A stretch of 64,000 bases of DNA from an uncultured Cetobacterium sp. (lineage in GTDB: Bacteria > Fusobacteriota > Fusobacteriia > Fusobacteriales > Fusobacteriaceae): assembly GCF_945952365.1 (NCBI RefSeq), contig NZ_CAMFHX010000005.1, positions 6,832-70,831 on the forward strand, written 5' to 3'. The notes beneath the pieces are model-generated. The model searched no databases and was not told the origin of the DNA. It saw only the letters and a program-made list of their open reading frames with translations. The stretch's first letter is position 1. Each line of letters begins with the position of its first letter. Below, in pieces: positions 48,211 to 58,057 of this stretch. The translations under genes were made by a program, and so were the position numbers.

Positions 48211-49050
48211 ATGAAAGTATTTATTATTGGTGCTGGAGTTATGTCAACTGGTATAGCTCAAGTTTTTGCAACAGGAGGACACGATGTTTTAATTACTGAT
48301 ATCTCTGAAAGTGCTCTTTTGAACTCTAAAAAAAGTATAACGAAATCTTTGAGTAAACTTGTAGAAAAAGAGAAAATTACAGAAGATATTAAAATCAACA
48401 TTTTAAGCAAAATTGAAACTACTTTAAATTTAGAGGATGCAAAAGATGCTGACTTAGTTATCGAGGCTATCTCTGAAAAAATCTCTCTAAAAAAAGAGTT
48501 ATTTTCTAAACTAGATTCTATCTGTTCTGAAAAAACTATATTCGCTACAAATACCTCGTCTCTTTCAATTACAGAGATTGCAACTGCTACAAAATATCCT
48601 GAAAGATTTATTGGAATGCACTTCTTCAATCCTGCACCTGTTATGAAGTTGGTTGAGATTATAAAAGGGTATACAACAAGTTCAGAGGTATATGAAACTA
48701 TTCTCTCTCTTTCTAAAAATTTAGGAAAAGAACCTGTTCTTTGTGAAGAAGCTCCAGGTTTTGTTGTTAATCGTATTCTTATTCCAATGATTAACGAAGC
48801 CGTTGGAATTTTGGCAGATGGTGTTGCTAGTACTGAAGATATTGATAACGCTATGAAATATGGAGCTAATCACCCTATCGGCCCTCTTGCTCTTGGAGAT
48901 TTAGTTGGTTTAGATGTCGTTTTAGCTATAATGGATGTTCTAAGTTCTGAATTTGGTGATTCAAAATATCGTGCTCATCCACTTTTAAAGAAAATGGTCC
49001 GTGCTGGAAAACTTGGTAGAAAATCTGGTGAAGGATTCTATAAATATTAA
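48211..49050 (+). CDS. hbd: 3-hydroxybutyryl-CoA dehydrogenase
   Basis: N-terminal Rossmann IIGAGVMSTGIAQV. 3HCDH motifs (HFFNPAPVMKLVEI). Confidence 0.9.
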   Translation: MKVFIIGAGVMSTGIAQVFATGGHDVLITDISESALLNSKKSITKSLSKLVEKEKITEDIKINILSKIETTLNLEDAKDADLVIEAISEKISLKKELFSKLDSICSEKTIFATNTSSLSITEIATATKYPERFIGMHFFNPAPVMKLVEIIKGYTTSSEVYETILSLSKNLGKEPVLCEEAPGFVVNRILIPMINEAVGILADGVASTEDIDNAMKYGANHPIGPLALGDLVGLDVVLAIMDVLSSEFGDSKYRAHPLLKKMVRAGKLGRKSGEGFYKY

Positions 49051-49053
49051 CAA

Positions 49054-49092
49054 AAAACGAGAGAGAATTTTTACTATTCTCTCTCGTTTCAA
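49054..49092. terminator. Bidirectional terminator between hbd (+) and the tetR-family gene (-)
   Basis: AAACGAGAGAGAAT-ttttact-ATTCTCTCTCGTTT, 14-bp stem. Confidence 0.55.
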
Positions 49093-49661
49093 TCAACTTT
49101 TTTATATTTATTTAAAGAGTTTTGATAAAACTTTATCTTCTCATCTAAAAAATACCCATCTCTATCTTTTGTAAACTCTCCTTGTGTCAATATTTTCAAA
49201 AGAAAACTTCCCATAATACTACTCAGTAAATCATTTACAAAAACTTCTGGTGAAAACTGTATTCTATTTTTATAAAAAACTTCAATAAAATGATCAACTA
49301 AATAGTTTCGAAAGTCAATCGTTCTAATAAATTTTTGATTGTCACTATCTGATAGTTTTAATTGCAATCTAAAAATTATTTCATGTTGTTGTAAAAAACT
49401 TTGATAAAGTAAAATACTTTTTGCTATATCCTGCTCTAAGTCTCCCGTCAAACTTTCGTGCAAAGATTTTATTATTTTACTCTCTTCTACAAACTTATTT
49501 ATAATCTCTTCAAGAACATTATTCTTACTTCCAAACAATCTAAAAATTGTCACTTCATTACAACCAGCTTCTTTTGCTAATCGTTTTGTAGATACTCTTT
49601 CAAATCCCTCTTCTGAAAAAAGCCTTTGTGCACACTCTAATATTTTATCCCGTGTTTTCAT
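49089..49661 (-). CDS. TetR/AcrR-family transcriptional regulator
   Basis: N-terminal HTH TRDKILECAQRLFSEEGFERVSTKRLAKEAGCNEVTIFRLFGSK. Confidence 0.8.
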   Translation of the reverse strand: MKTRDKILECAQRLFSEEGFERVSTKRLAKEAGCNEVTIFRLFGSKNNVLEEIINKFVEESKIIKSLHESLTGDLEQDIAKSILLYQSFLQQHEIIFRLQLKLSDSDNQKFIRTIDFRNYLVDHFIEVFYKNRIQFSPEVFVNDLLSSIMGSFLLKILTQGEFTKDRDGYFLDEKIKFYQNSLNKYKKVD

Positions 49662-49715
49662 ACATTCTCTCCCTCATCTAAATATTTTACACTATCCCAA
49701 TTATATACCTTATTC

Positions 49716-49731
49716 TTGACTTGGTTGTCAA
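49716..49731. promoter_or_regulatory. Candidate operator palindrome TTGAC-ttggtt-GTCAA in the tetR-atoD divergent intergenic region
   Basis: 5-bp inverted repeat with 6-bp spacer, read directly. Position is consistent with a TetR-type operator. Confidence 0.3.
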
Positions 49732-49923
49732 TTCTTTTCAAAAAAATAAAAATTTATTTTTATTTTTTTACAAAGTCTCTACAATATAACGTTTATAATA
49801 TAAATTTTATGTTCGAAAAAAATATTTTTCATTTCACTATTGACTTTTCCTTTTTCTATGAGGTATATATTCATACTGAAAATACGCAAGTATGTACTTG
49901 CTAACTTTAAAAAGGAGTGAGTT

Positions 49924-50574
49924 ATGAAAAAATTAGTCTCTGTTGATTTTGCAGCTTCACTTATAAAAAATGATTCATCTCTTATGATTGGAGGATTTTT
50001 AAAATGTGGTTCTCCAAAAGAGATAATTGAAAAACTATTAGAAAATGGTACTAAAGATTTAACTATTATTGCAAACGACACTAGCTTCCCTGATTTTGAA
50101 AAAGGAAAGTTGATTGTCAATAAAAGAGTTAAAAAAGCGATTGTTTCTCATATTGGTACTAACCCTGAAACAGGAAAACAGATGAACAATGGAGAGTTAA
50201 AAGTCGAACTTGTCCCTCAGGGAACTTTGGCTGAAAGAATTCGAGCAGCTGGTTCGGGACTTGGTGGTATTTTAACTCCTACTGGAGTTGGAACTGTCGT
50301 TCAAGAGGGAAAAGAAATTATTGAAGTTGATAATAAAAAATACCTTCTAGAAAAACCATTAAAAGCCGATGTCGCTCTTATTTATGGTACAAAGGTAGAT
50401 TCATTTGGAAATGTCTCTTTCTTTGGTTCTACTCGAAACTTTAACACAATTATGGCAACAGCCGCAGATATTGTTATTGTTGAAGCAGATGAAATTGTCA
50501 AAGGGGCTTTAGAGCCTAATGAGATTGTTATTCCTGGAATCTTTATTGATTATGTTGTTAAAGGAGGGAAGTAG
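49924..50574 (+). CDS. atoD: 3-oxoacid (acetoacetate:butyrate/acetate) CoA-transferase subunit A
   Basis: CoA-transferase family I alpha-subunit motifs (MIGGFLKCGSP, GSGLGG). Confidence 0.85.
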   Translation: MKKLVSVDFAASLIKNDSSLMIGGFLKCGSPKEIIEKLLENGTKDLTIIANDTSFPDFEKGKLIVNKRVKKAIVSHIGTNPETGKQMNNGELKVELVPQGTLAERIRAAGSGLGGILTPTGVGTVVQEGKEIIEVDNKKYLLEKPLKADVALIYGTKVDSFGNVSFFGSTRNFNTIMATAADIVIVEADEIVKGALEPNEIVIPGIFIDYVVKGGK

Positions 50575-51240
50575 ATGGAACTTACTAAAGAGAAAGTTAG
50601 AGAGATTATTGCCAGAAGAGTAGCTAAAGAGTTTAACGATGGCGATGTTGTCAATCTAGGAATTGGACTTCCAACTGAAGTAGCTAACTATATTTCAGAT
50701 TCTATATACGTCGCTTTACAATCTGAAAATGGATTGATTGGAATGGGCCCAACACCTTGTGACGATGATGCTGATTGCAGAATTTCAAATGCAGGTGGAT
50801 CTCTTGTCTCTATTGCTGAGGGCGGATGTTTCTTTGATAGCTTTACATCTTTTGGAATAATTCGTGGTGGTCATGTCGATGCCACAGTTTTAGGGGCTCT
50901 ACAAGTTGATGAAAAAGGAAATCTTGCAAACTGGATGGTTCCTGGAAAAATGGTTCCTGGAATGGGTGGAGCTATGGATTTAGTTGTAGGAGCTAAAAAA
51001 GTTATTATCGCTATGGAGCATACTGCTAAAGGAGCTACTAAAATTTTAAAAAATTGTACTTTACCTCTAACTGCAGCAAATCAAGTTAACCTTATCGTTA
51101 CTGAAAAGGGCGTTATGGAGATTTGTGACAATAAAATATTTTTAAAAGAGATCAGTCCCTATTCTTCAATTGAAGATATCAAAAAATTCACTGAGGCTGA
51201 ACTGATAATAGACAATAATCTAAAAACTATGGAGATTTAA
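50575..51240 (+). CDS. atoA: 3-oxoacid CoA-transferase subunit B
   Basis: Beta-subunit with the catalytic glutamate region (QSENGLIGMGP). Confidence 0.85.
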   Translation: MELTKEKVREIIARRVAKEFNDGDVVNLGIGLPTEVANYISDSIYVALQSENGLIGMGPTPCDDDADCRISNAGGSLVSIAEGGCFFDSFTSFGIIRGGHVDATVLGALQVDEKGNLANWMVPGKMVPGMGGAMDLVVGAKKVIIAMEHTAKGATKILKNCTLPLTAANQVNLIVTEKGVMEICDNKIFLKEISPYSSIEDIKKFTEAELIIDNNLKTMEI

Positions 51241-51263
51241 AATGCTTTATTGGGAGGATTAAA

Positions 51264-52472
51264 ATGGAAAAAGTTTATATTGTTAGTGCAAAAAGAACTG
51301 CTATCGGATCATTTCTTGGTTCTTTAAGCAAAGTATCTCCAAGTGATCTTGGAGCAGCAGTTATTAAAAATATTCTTGATGAAACTAAGTTAGACCCAAA
51401 GTTTTTAGATGAGGTTATTATTGGAAATGTTTTATCGGCGGGACAAGGGCAAGGTGTTGCAAGACAAGCTTCTATCAAAGGTGGAGTTCCACACACAGTT
51501 CCAGCATACTCTTTAAACCAAATTTGTGGTAGTGGTATGAAAGCTGTAATGTCAGCATATCAAATTATAAAATCTGGAGAAGCTAACCTTATTTTAGCTG
51601 GTGGTACAGAATCTATGTCTGAAGCACCTCTTCTTATGAATAGTAATCTTCGAACTGGAGTTAAAATGGGGGACTCAATAGCTAAAGACCACATGATTTT
51701 AGATGCTCTAACAGATGCTTTTCACGGAGTTCACATGGGGATAACTGCAGAAAATATTGTTGAAAAACACTCTATCTCTCGTGAAGAGCAAGATTCTTTT
51801 GCTATATCTTCACAGGAAAAAGCAATCGCTGCAATTCAAAACGGTAAATTCAAAGATGAAATCGTTCCTATTTCTATATCTGATAGAAAAGGAACTATTA
51901 CTATTGATACTGATGAATATCCAAATAGAAATACATCCTTAGAAAAATTATCACAACTTAGACCAGCATTTAAAAAAGATGGCTCTGTTACTGCTGGTAA
52001 CTCATCTGGTTTAAATGATGGTTCTGCAATACTTTTATTAGCGTCTGAATCAGCTATAAAAAAATATAATCTCGCTCCTCTAGTTCAAATTGTTGGAGTG
52101 GGTCAAGGTGGAGTAGACCCTTTAGTTATGGGGCTTGGACCAGTTCCAGCTATACAAAATGTACTACAAAAAACAAATTTAAATTTAAAAAATATGGATT
52201 TGCTTGAACTAAATGAAGCTTTTGCTGCTCAAGCTATTGGAGTAATAAAAGAGCTTTCTGAAATCTACTCTATCAATCCAGAATGGTTTAAAGATAAAAC
52301 AAATATAAATGGTGGAGCTATCGCCTTAGGTCACCCGGTTGGAGCTAGCGGAGCTAGAATTTTAACAACTTTGATACATGAAATGAAAAAGAAAAATTCT
52401 GAATATGGTCTTGCTAGCCTTTGTATAGGCGGAGGCATGGGTACAGCTATAATCATCAAAAATATTGGATAA
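51264..52472 (+). CDS. thl: Acetyl-CoA C-acetyltransferase (thiolase II)
   Basis: Active-site Cys region NQICGSGMKAV and C-terminal GHPVGASGARIL / CIGGGMG motifs. Confidence 0.9.
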   Translation: MEKVYIVSAKRTAIGSFLGSLSKVSPSDLGAAVIKNILDETKLDPKFLDEVIIGNVLSAGQGQGVARQASIKGGVPHTVPAYSLNQICGSGMKAVMSAYQIIKSGEANLILAGGTESMSEAPLLMNSNLRTGVKMGDSIAKDHMILDALTDAFHGVHMGITAENIVEKHSISREEQDSFAISSQEKAIAAIQNGKFKDEIVPISISDRKGTITIDTDEYPNRNTSLEKLSQLRPAFKKDGSVTAGNSSGLNDGSAILLLASESAIKKYNLAPLVQIVGVGQGGVDPLVMGLGPVPAIQNVLQKTNLNLKNMDLLELNEAFAAQAIGVIKELSEIYSINPEWFKDKTNINGGAIALGHPVGASGARILTTLIHEMKKKNSEYGLASLCIGGGMGTAIIIKNIG

Positions 52473-52492
52473 AATATATTAGGAGGAAATAA

Positions 52493-53638
52493 ATGGATTT
52501 TACTTTGACTAAATCACAAGAACTTTTTAAGCAAATGATTACAGCTTTTGCTGAAAATGAGGTAAAGCCTCTAGCTGCTGAAATTGATGAAGAGGAAAGA
52601 TTTCCCGAAGAAACTGTAAAAAAAATGTGTGATACTGGACTTATGGGAATTGTTATTCCCACTCAATATGGTGGTGCTGGTGGAGACCAGATTATGTATA
52701 CTATGGCTGTTGAAGAGCTTTCAAAAGTTTGTGGAACAACTGGTGTTATCCTTTCAGCTCATACATCTTTAGGTGTTGCTCCTATTTTAGAGTTTGGAAC
52801 TGAAGAGCAAAAACAAAAATATCTTCCTAAGATGGCTTCGGGTGAATGGGTTGGTGCTTTTGGATTAACTGAACCAAATGCTGGAACTGATGCTGCTGGA
52901 CAACAGACTACAGCTGTTTTTGATGAGAATACTAACGAGTGGATTTTAAATGGTTCTAAAATATTTATAACTAATGCTGGATACGCTCACGTATATATAA
53001 TATTTGCTATGACAGATAAATCCGCAGGATTAAAAGGAATCTCAGCTTTTATTGTTGAATCTGATGCTGCTGGATTCTCTATCGGAAAAAAAGAGAAAAA
53101 ACTTGGAATCAAAGGTTCTGCTACTTGTGAACTTATATTTGAAAACTGTAGAATTCCGAAAGATAATCTTCTTGGAGCAATCGGTAAAGGATTTAAAATA
53201 GCTATGATGACTCTTGATGGTGGTAGAATTGGAATTGCTGCTCAAGCTCTTGGAATCGCTGGTGGAGCTTTAGATGAAACTATAAAATATGTAAAAGAGA
53301 GAAAGCAATTTGGAAGAACTCTTGGACAGTTCCAAAATACGCAATTCCAAATAGCTGATATGTATGCTAAAGTTGAAGCTTCAAAACTTCTAGTTTATAA
53401 AGCTGCATGGAAGAAATCAAGAAAAGAAAATTACTCTGTGGACGCAGCTACTGCAAAACTGTTCGCCGCTGAAACTGCTATGGAAGTTACAACAAAAGCT
53501 GTTCAACTTCATGGTGGATATGGATATACTAGAGAATATCCTGTTGAAAGAATGATGAGAGATGCTAAAATCACAGAGATATACGAAGGTACATCTGAAG
53601 TTCAAAGAATGGTTATTGCTGGTTCATTACTAAAGTAA
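52493..53638 (+). CDS. bcd: Butyryl-CoA dehydrogenase (acyl-CoA dehydrogenase family)
   Basis: ACAD motifs (GAFGLTEPNAGTD, YEGTSEVQRMVIA). Followed by etfBA. Confidence 0.9.
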   Translation: MDFTLTKSQELFKQMITAFAENEVKPLAAEIDEEERFPEETVKKMCDTGLMGIVIPTQYGGAGGDQIMYTMAVEELSKVCGTTGVILSAHTSLGVAPILEFGTEEQKQKYLPKMASGEWVGAFGLTEPNAGTDAAGQQTTAVFDENTNEWILNGSKIFITNAGYAHVYIIFAMTDKSAGLKGISAFIVESDAAGFSIGKKEKKLGIKGSATCELIFENCRIPKDNLLGAIGKGFKIAMMTLDGGRIGIAAQALGIAGGALDETIKYVKERKQFGRTLGQFQNTQFQIADMYAKVEASKLLVYKAAWKKSRKENYSVDAATAKLFAAETAMEVTTKAVQLHGGYGYTREYPVERMMRDAKITEIYEGTSEVQRMVIAGSLLK

Positions 53639-53656
53639 ATTGGGAGGATTAAGGAA

Positions 53657-54442
53657 ATGAAAATAGTTGTATGTATAAAACAAGTACCTGATACTACAGA
53701 GATTAAATTAGATCCAATAAAAGGAACTCTTATTAGAGATGGAGTTCCTAGTATTATAAATCCAGATGATAAAGGTGGTTTAGAAGAAGCTTTAAAATTA
53801 AAAGATAAGTTTGGAGCTCATATCACAGCTATCACTATGGGACCTCTTCAAGCTGATGCAGCTCTTAGAGAAGCAATCGCTATGGGAGTTGACAGAGCTA
53901 TCCTTTTAACTGACAGAAAATTTGCAGGAGCGGATACTTTAGCTACATCACACGCCATCTCCTCTGCTCTTAAAGAGTTGGAATATGATTTAATCATTGC
54001 TGGAAGACAAGCTATTGATGGGGATACTGCACAAGTAGGGCCACAAATTGCTGAATTTTTAGATATTCCTCAGATTACATACGTAAAAGATATCGAATTC
54101 GATGGAAAAAGTAGTTTCACAGTTAAAAGAGCTACAGAGGAAGGATATATGCTTCTTGGAGTGGAATCTCCGTGTCTGATGACAGTTCTAGCTGAAGCCA
54201 ATAAACCTAGATATATGAATGTTAAAAATATTGTTGAAGCTTTCAATAAAGAGGTTGAAATCTGGGGTGTAGATAGATTATCTGATGTCGTAGAGGAAAA
54301 GCTAGGATTAAAGGGTTCGCCAACAAAAGTAAAAAAATCATTCACTAAAGGAATCAAAGCTGCTGGACAACTTCATGTTGTTGACCCTCAAGAAGCTGCA
54401 AAAATTATTGTTGAAAAGCTAAAGGAAAAATTTATAATCTAA
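53657..54442 (+). CDS. etfB: Electron transfer flavoprotein beta subunit
   Basis: MKIVVCIKQVPD N-terminus typical of EtfB. Confidence 0.9.
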   Translation: MKIVVCIKQVPDTTEIKLDPIKGTLIRDGVPSIINPDDKGGLEEALKLKDKFGAHITAITMGPLQADAALREAIAMGVDRAILLTDRKFAGADTLATSHAISSALKELEYDLIIAGRQAIDGDTAQVGPQIAEFLDIPQITYVKDIEFDGKSSFTVKRATEEGYMLLGVESPCLMTVLAEANKPRYMNVKNIVEAFNKEVEIWGVDRLSDVVEEKLGLKGSPTKVKKSFTKGIKAAGQLHVVDPQEAAKIIVEKLKEKFII

Positions 54443-54464
54443 AACTTTAAAAAAGGAGAGTAGC

Positions 54465-55472
54465 ATGAATTTAAATGAATATAAAGGAATCCTTGTTTTT
54501 GCTGAGCAAAGAGAGGGAGTATTACAAAATGTTGGGTTAGAATTAATTGGAAAAGGAAAAGAGTTAGCAGAAACTTTAAACGAAAAAGTTACTGCCGTAC
54601 TTTTAGGATATAATATAGAAAAGTTATCTAAAGAACTTATAGCTTATGGTGCTGATCAAGTTATCGTTGTAGATTCTAAAGAACTGGCAATATACGATAC
54701 AGAAGCTTACACTCAAGCATTTTCAACAATCATTAATACTGTTAAACCTGAAGTTGTTTTAATTGGTGCAACAACTTTAGGAAGAGATTTAGGACCTAGA
54801 ATCTCTTCTAGAGTAGAAACAGGTTTAACGGCTGATTGTACTATGCTAGAAATTGGTGAAAACAGAGAGCTACTTATGACTAGACCAGCTTTTGGTGGAA
54901 ATCTAATGGCAACAATTATCTGTCCTGATCATAGACCACAGATGTCAACAGTTAGACCAGGTGTTATGACTAGACTTTCAAAGGATTTAAATAAAGTGGG
55001 TGTTATAACTAACTTTAAAGTTAACTTTGACCATTCAAAAATGAAGGTTAAAGTTTTAAATATAATAAAAGAAGCAAAAGCAAAAGTTGATATCACAGAA
55101 GCAAAAATTTTAGTTGCTGGTGGTAGAGGGGTAGGATCTTCTGGTGGATTTGATAATTTAGAGCTTCTAGCTAATGAGTTGGGTGGAGTTGCTGCTGCAT
55201 CTAGAGCTCTTGTTGATGCTGGGATAGTTAATCATGATAGACAAGTGGGACAAACAGGAAAGACTGTTAGACCTGATGTTTACTTTGCATTTGGAATCTC
55301 TGGGGCTATACAACATTTAGCTGGAATGGAGGAATCTGAATATATTATTGCAATCAATAAAGATAAATCAGCTCCTATTTTCGGAAGTGCTGATTTAGGA
55401 TTAGTTACTGATTTAGCTAAGACAACCACATATTTAATAGAAGAGATAAAAAAAGCTAAAGCTGAAAAGTAA
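54465..55472 (+). CDS. etfA: Electron transfer flavoprotein alpha subunit
   Basis: C-terminal FAD-binding region (PDVYFAFGISGAIQHLAGM). Confidence 0.9.
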   Translation: MNLNEYKGILVFAEQREGVLQNVGLELIGKGKELAETLNEKVTAVLLGYNIEKLSKELIAYGADQVIVVDSKELAIYDTEAYTQAFSTIINTVKPEVVLIGATTLGRDLGPRISSRVETGLTADCTMLEIGENRELLMTRPAFGGNLMATIICPDHRPQMSTVRPGVMTRLSKDLNKVGVITNFKVNFDHSKMKVKVLNIIKEAKAKVDITEAKILVAGGRGVGSSGGFDNLELLANELGGVAAASRALVDAGIVNHDRQVGQTGKTVRPDVYFAFGISGAIQHLAGMEESEYIIAINKDKSAPIFGSADLGLVTDLAKTTTYLIEEIKKAKAEK

Positions 55473-55491
55473 AAAATATTAGAAATAAGAA

Positions 55492-55518
55492 AAGGTTGCT
55501 TCCGCAACCTTTTTTTTA
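55492..55518. terminator. Bidirectional terminator between etfA (+) and the permease gene (-)
   Basis: AAGGTTGC-ttcc-GCAACCTT followed by T8. Confidence 0.6.
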
Positions 55519-56865
55519 TTTATTATCTCTATATACAAATAGTCCTGTTAGTGTTAAAGCCACAGATATTGCCATATATCCTGGGTTAGAGATTGCTGCA
55601 TATACAAATATAGAAGCTCCTCCTATTAACGCTAATACTGGTACTACTGGATAGAAAGGTACTTTGTATGGTCTTTCTAAATTTGGCTCTCTCTTTCTTA
55701 AAATGAATAAACCTAAGAATACTAGACAGTAGAATAACCAGAATAACGCCACTGGGACATCTCCAAATATATCTGGATTTCCAGTTGCTAGCATCGCTAT
55801 AAGGAAAATTATTCCTAATACATACATAACAACTGATGAGTTAACTGGTTGCTTATATTTATCATCAATCTTAGAGAAGAACTCTTTTTTTGGAAGGTGT
55901 CCCTCTATAGCTAATGTATAAGGTATTCTTGTTGAAGCCAAAGTCATTCCATTTAATCCACCAAAAGCTGAAATCATAATTCCTAAGAATATAAACTTAG
56001 CTCCCATAGGTCCAAATAACTTTGTTGCTACTCCAAACATACCTTGCTGTACAATCTCCTCTGCTGTGAACACATTTAAAAGTGCTACATTCAATGCCAC
56101 ATAGAAAACAGCAATGAATCCTAATCCTAATATAATCGCCTTAGGAAGGTCTTTTTTTACATTTTTTAAATCCCCAGCAATTGTTCCAACATATATCCAT
56201 CCATCAAATGCAAACATAATTGGAACTAAAGATAATCCAAGAAGTACTAATGGTGAAGATGAAGTTACTTCTCTTGTAACCTCTGTCATATAAAATACTC
56301 CAGAAGTGTTATCTCCAGAAATGAATCCAAAAATAGTTATTAATAATAATGGAATTATTTTTGCTGCTGTTGCTGCTGTTTGAATTTTTCCACCTACATT
56401 TTTTGTGAATATGTTTATTCCAAATAAGAATGTTATTGCCACAAAAGCTGTTCCACCTAAAAATGCTGTATTACTTGGATCTATATTTAAGAAGTTTCCT
56501 GTAAAAACTGCAAAATAATATGCTATTAAAGCTATTAAAGCTGGGAAATATATTATCAACTGAGCCCATCCAACTAAGAATGCAATTCTCTCACCATAGA
56601 TTCTCTTTATCCAAGCTATCATTCCTCCTGTTTCAGGAATTGCAGCTCCGACTTCTGCTGCTGTCAGCCCTGATAAGATAGAGATTATTCCTCCAAGAAC
56701 CCAAGCTGCTATCGCTATTTTAGGATTCATATTTGCTGCTGTTAAAATTTGTCCTGCTTTAAAGAAAATTCCTATTCCTATAACAATCCCAACAACCATT
56801 GAAAAAGCTACAGAAAACCCATATCTTTTTTCTAAATTTTCACTCATTTTTCTTTTCTCCTTCAT
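55516..56865 (-). CDS. APC-superfamily amino-acid permease
   Basis: 449-aa, 12-TM protein. APC family N-terminal region (GIFFKAGQ...GGIISILSGLTAAEVGAAIPETGG). Confidence 0.8.
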   Translation of the reverse strand: MKEKRKMSENLEKRYGFSVAFSMVVGIVIGIGIFFKAGQILTAANMNPKIAIAAWVLGGIISILSGLTAAEVGAAIPETGGMIAWIKRIYGERIAFLVGWAQLIIYFPALIALIAYYFAVFTGNFLNIDPSNTAFLGGTAFVAITFLFGINIFTKNVGGKIQTAATAAKIIPLLLITIFGFISGDNTSGVFYMTEVTREVTSSSPLVLLGLSLVPIMFAFDGWIYVGTIAGDLKNVKKDLPKAIILGLGFIAVFYVALNVALLNVFTAEEIVQQGMFGVATKLFGPMGAKFIFLGIMISAFGGLNGMTLASTRIPYTLAIEGHLPKKEFFSKIDDKYKQPVNSSVVMYVLGIIFLIAMLATGNPDIFGDVPVALFWLFYCLVFLGLFILRKREPNLERPYKVPFYPVVPVLALIGGASIFVYAAISNPGYMAISVALTLTGLFVYRDNK

Positions 56866-57195
56866 CGTTCTGTTCTATTTTTTTAGCATTAACCTACTTA
56901 TTAAAAAGTATTTTTCGATTAGTAATTTTAGCATAAATCAACTTCTAAAACAACTGTTTTTTATTTCTTGCATAAATATAAAAAGTGGTATATAATGATT
57001 TTTGTAAATAAAAGGGGTGAAGAAAAAACAAAATGCTAGACAAAAAAAGAACAAATAATAACTCTATTGTAGACTATTCAGCTAAGTTCTACTTATTCCC
57101 ACTACTTTTAATTGGATTACTTCTTAGAGCTGTAGATAATTTATTTTTAAAATTAAAATACCAAAGATAAAAAAAGAGAGCCTAGCTCTCTTTTT

Positions 57196-58041
57196 TTATC
57201 TTTGATAGATATTAAATCTATCTGTTATTTTTTTCAATTTATCTAATCTCTCAATACTTTCCTCTTTATTTTGTTTTCCAAACTTAAGAAGTAACGCATT
57301 TAAAATTATTATTCCTGGAACAAAAGTATAAGCTTTTCCTCCATTTTTAGTTGTGATTACTAAATCCGATATATTACCTAATACAGAATCCTTCTTATCC
57401 GTCATAGTAATTATTTTATTACCTTGCTCTTTAAAGAACTCAGTAACTTGACATGTGAAGTTTGTATATGGATGGAATGATATTGTAAACAATACATCAT
57501 CAGGACTTGAGTATAATAGTTTATCTGTGAAATCAGAAGCTCCTGATATCATCAGCTCTACATCCTCTCTTAACTCTTTTAACATAAAGTATAAGTAATA
57601 AGCTAATGCATAAGAACCTCTAGCTCCTAATATATATAACTTTCTACTACTTTTTATCATTTCCATTGCTGATTCTAATTGTCCTTCAATAGCTGCAACA
57701 TCCATCTCTTCTAAAAGTTCAATATTTGTAGTTATGATTTCAGAAAGTATTCCATCACCTGACATAGAGTCGATTTCCTCTCTAAATTCTTTCATTTGAG
57801 AAGTTGAAATCTCTACATCTTTTTGGAAAACTCTTTGGAAATCAGGATACCCTTTAAATCCTAAATTTTTTGAAAATCTTGTTATTGTAGCTGGACTCGT
57901 TCCTGTTTCCTTAGCAAGTTCGTTTATAGAAATAAATGAAACTATACTTTGGTTATGTTTTATAAAATCTACAATTTTTTTAAAACTTTTACTATACGTT
58001 GAATAATTCTGCTCTAAATTAGCTAATACCGCCTTTTTCAT
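57196..58041 (-). CDS. MurR/RpiR-family transcriptional regulator (HTH plus SIS domain)
   Basis: N-terminal HTH_6 (SINELAKETGTSPATITRFSKNLGFKGYPDF). C-terminal SIS-like sugar-phosphate binding region. Confidence 0.8.
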   Translation of the reverse strand: MKKAVLANLEQNYSTYSKSFKKIVDFIKHNQSIVSFISINELAKETGTSPATITRFSKNLGFKGYPDFQRVFQKDVEISTSQMKEFREEIDSMSGDGILSEIITTNIELLEEMDVAAIEGQLESAMEMIKSSRKLYILGARGSYALAYYLYFMLKELREDVELMISGASDFTDKLLYSSPDDVLFTISFHPYTNFTCQVTEFFKEQGNKIITMTDKKDSVLGNISDLVITTKNGGKAYTFVPGIIILNALLLKFGKQNKEESIERLDKLKKITDRFNIYQR

Positions 58042-58057
58042 CTCACACCTCTATAGA

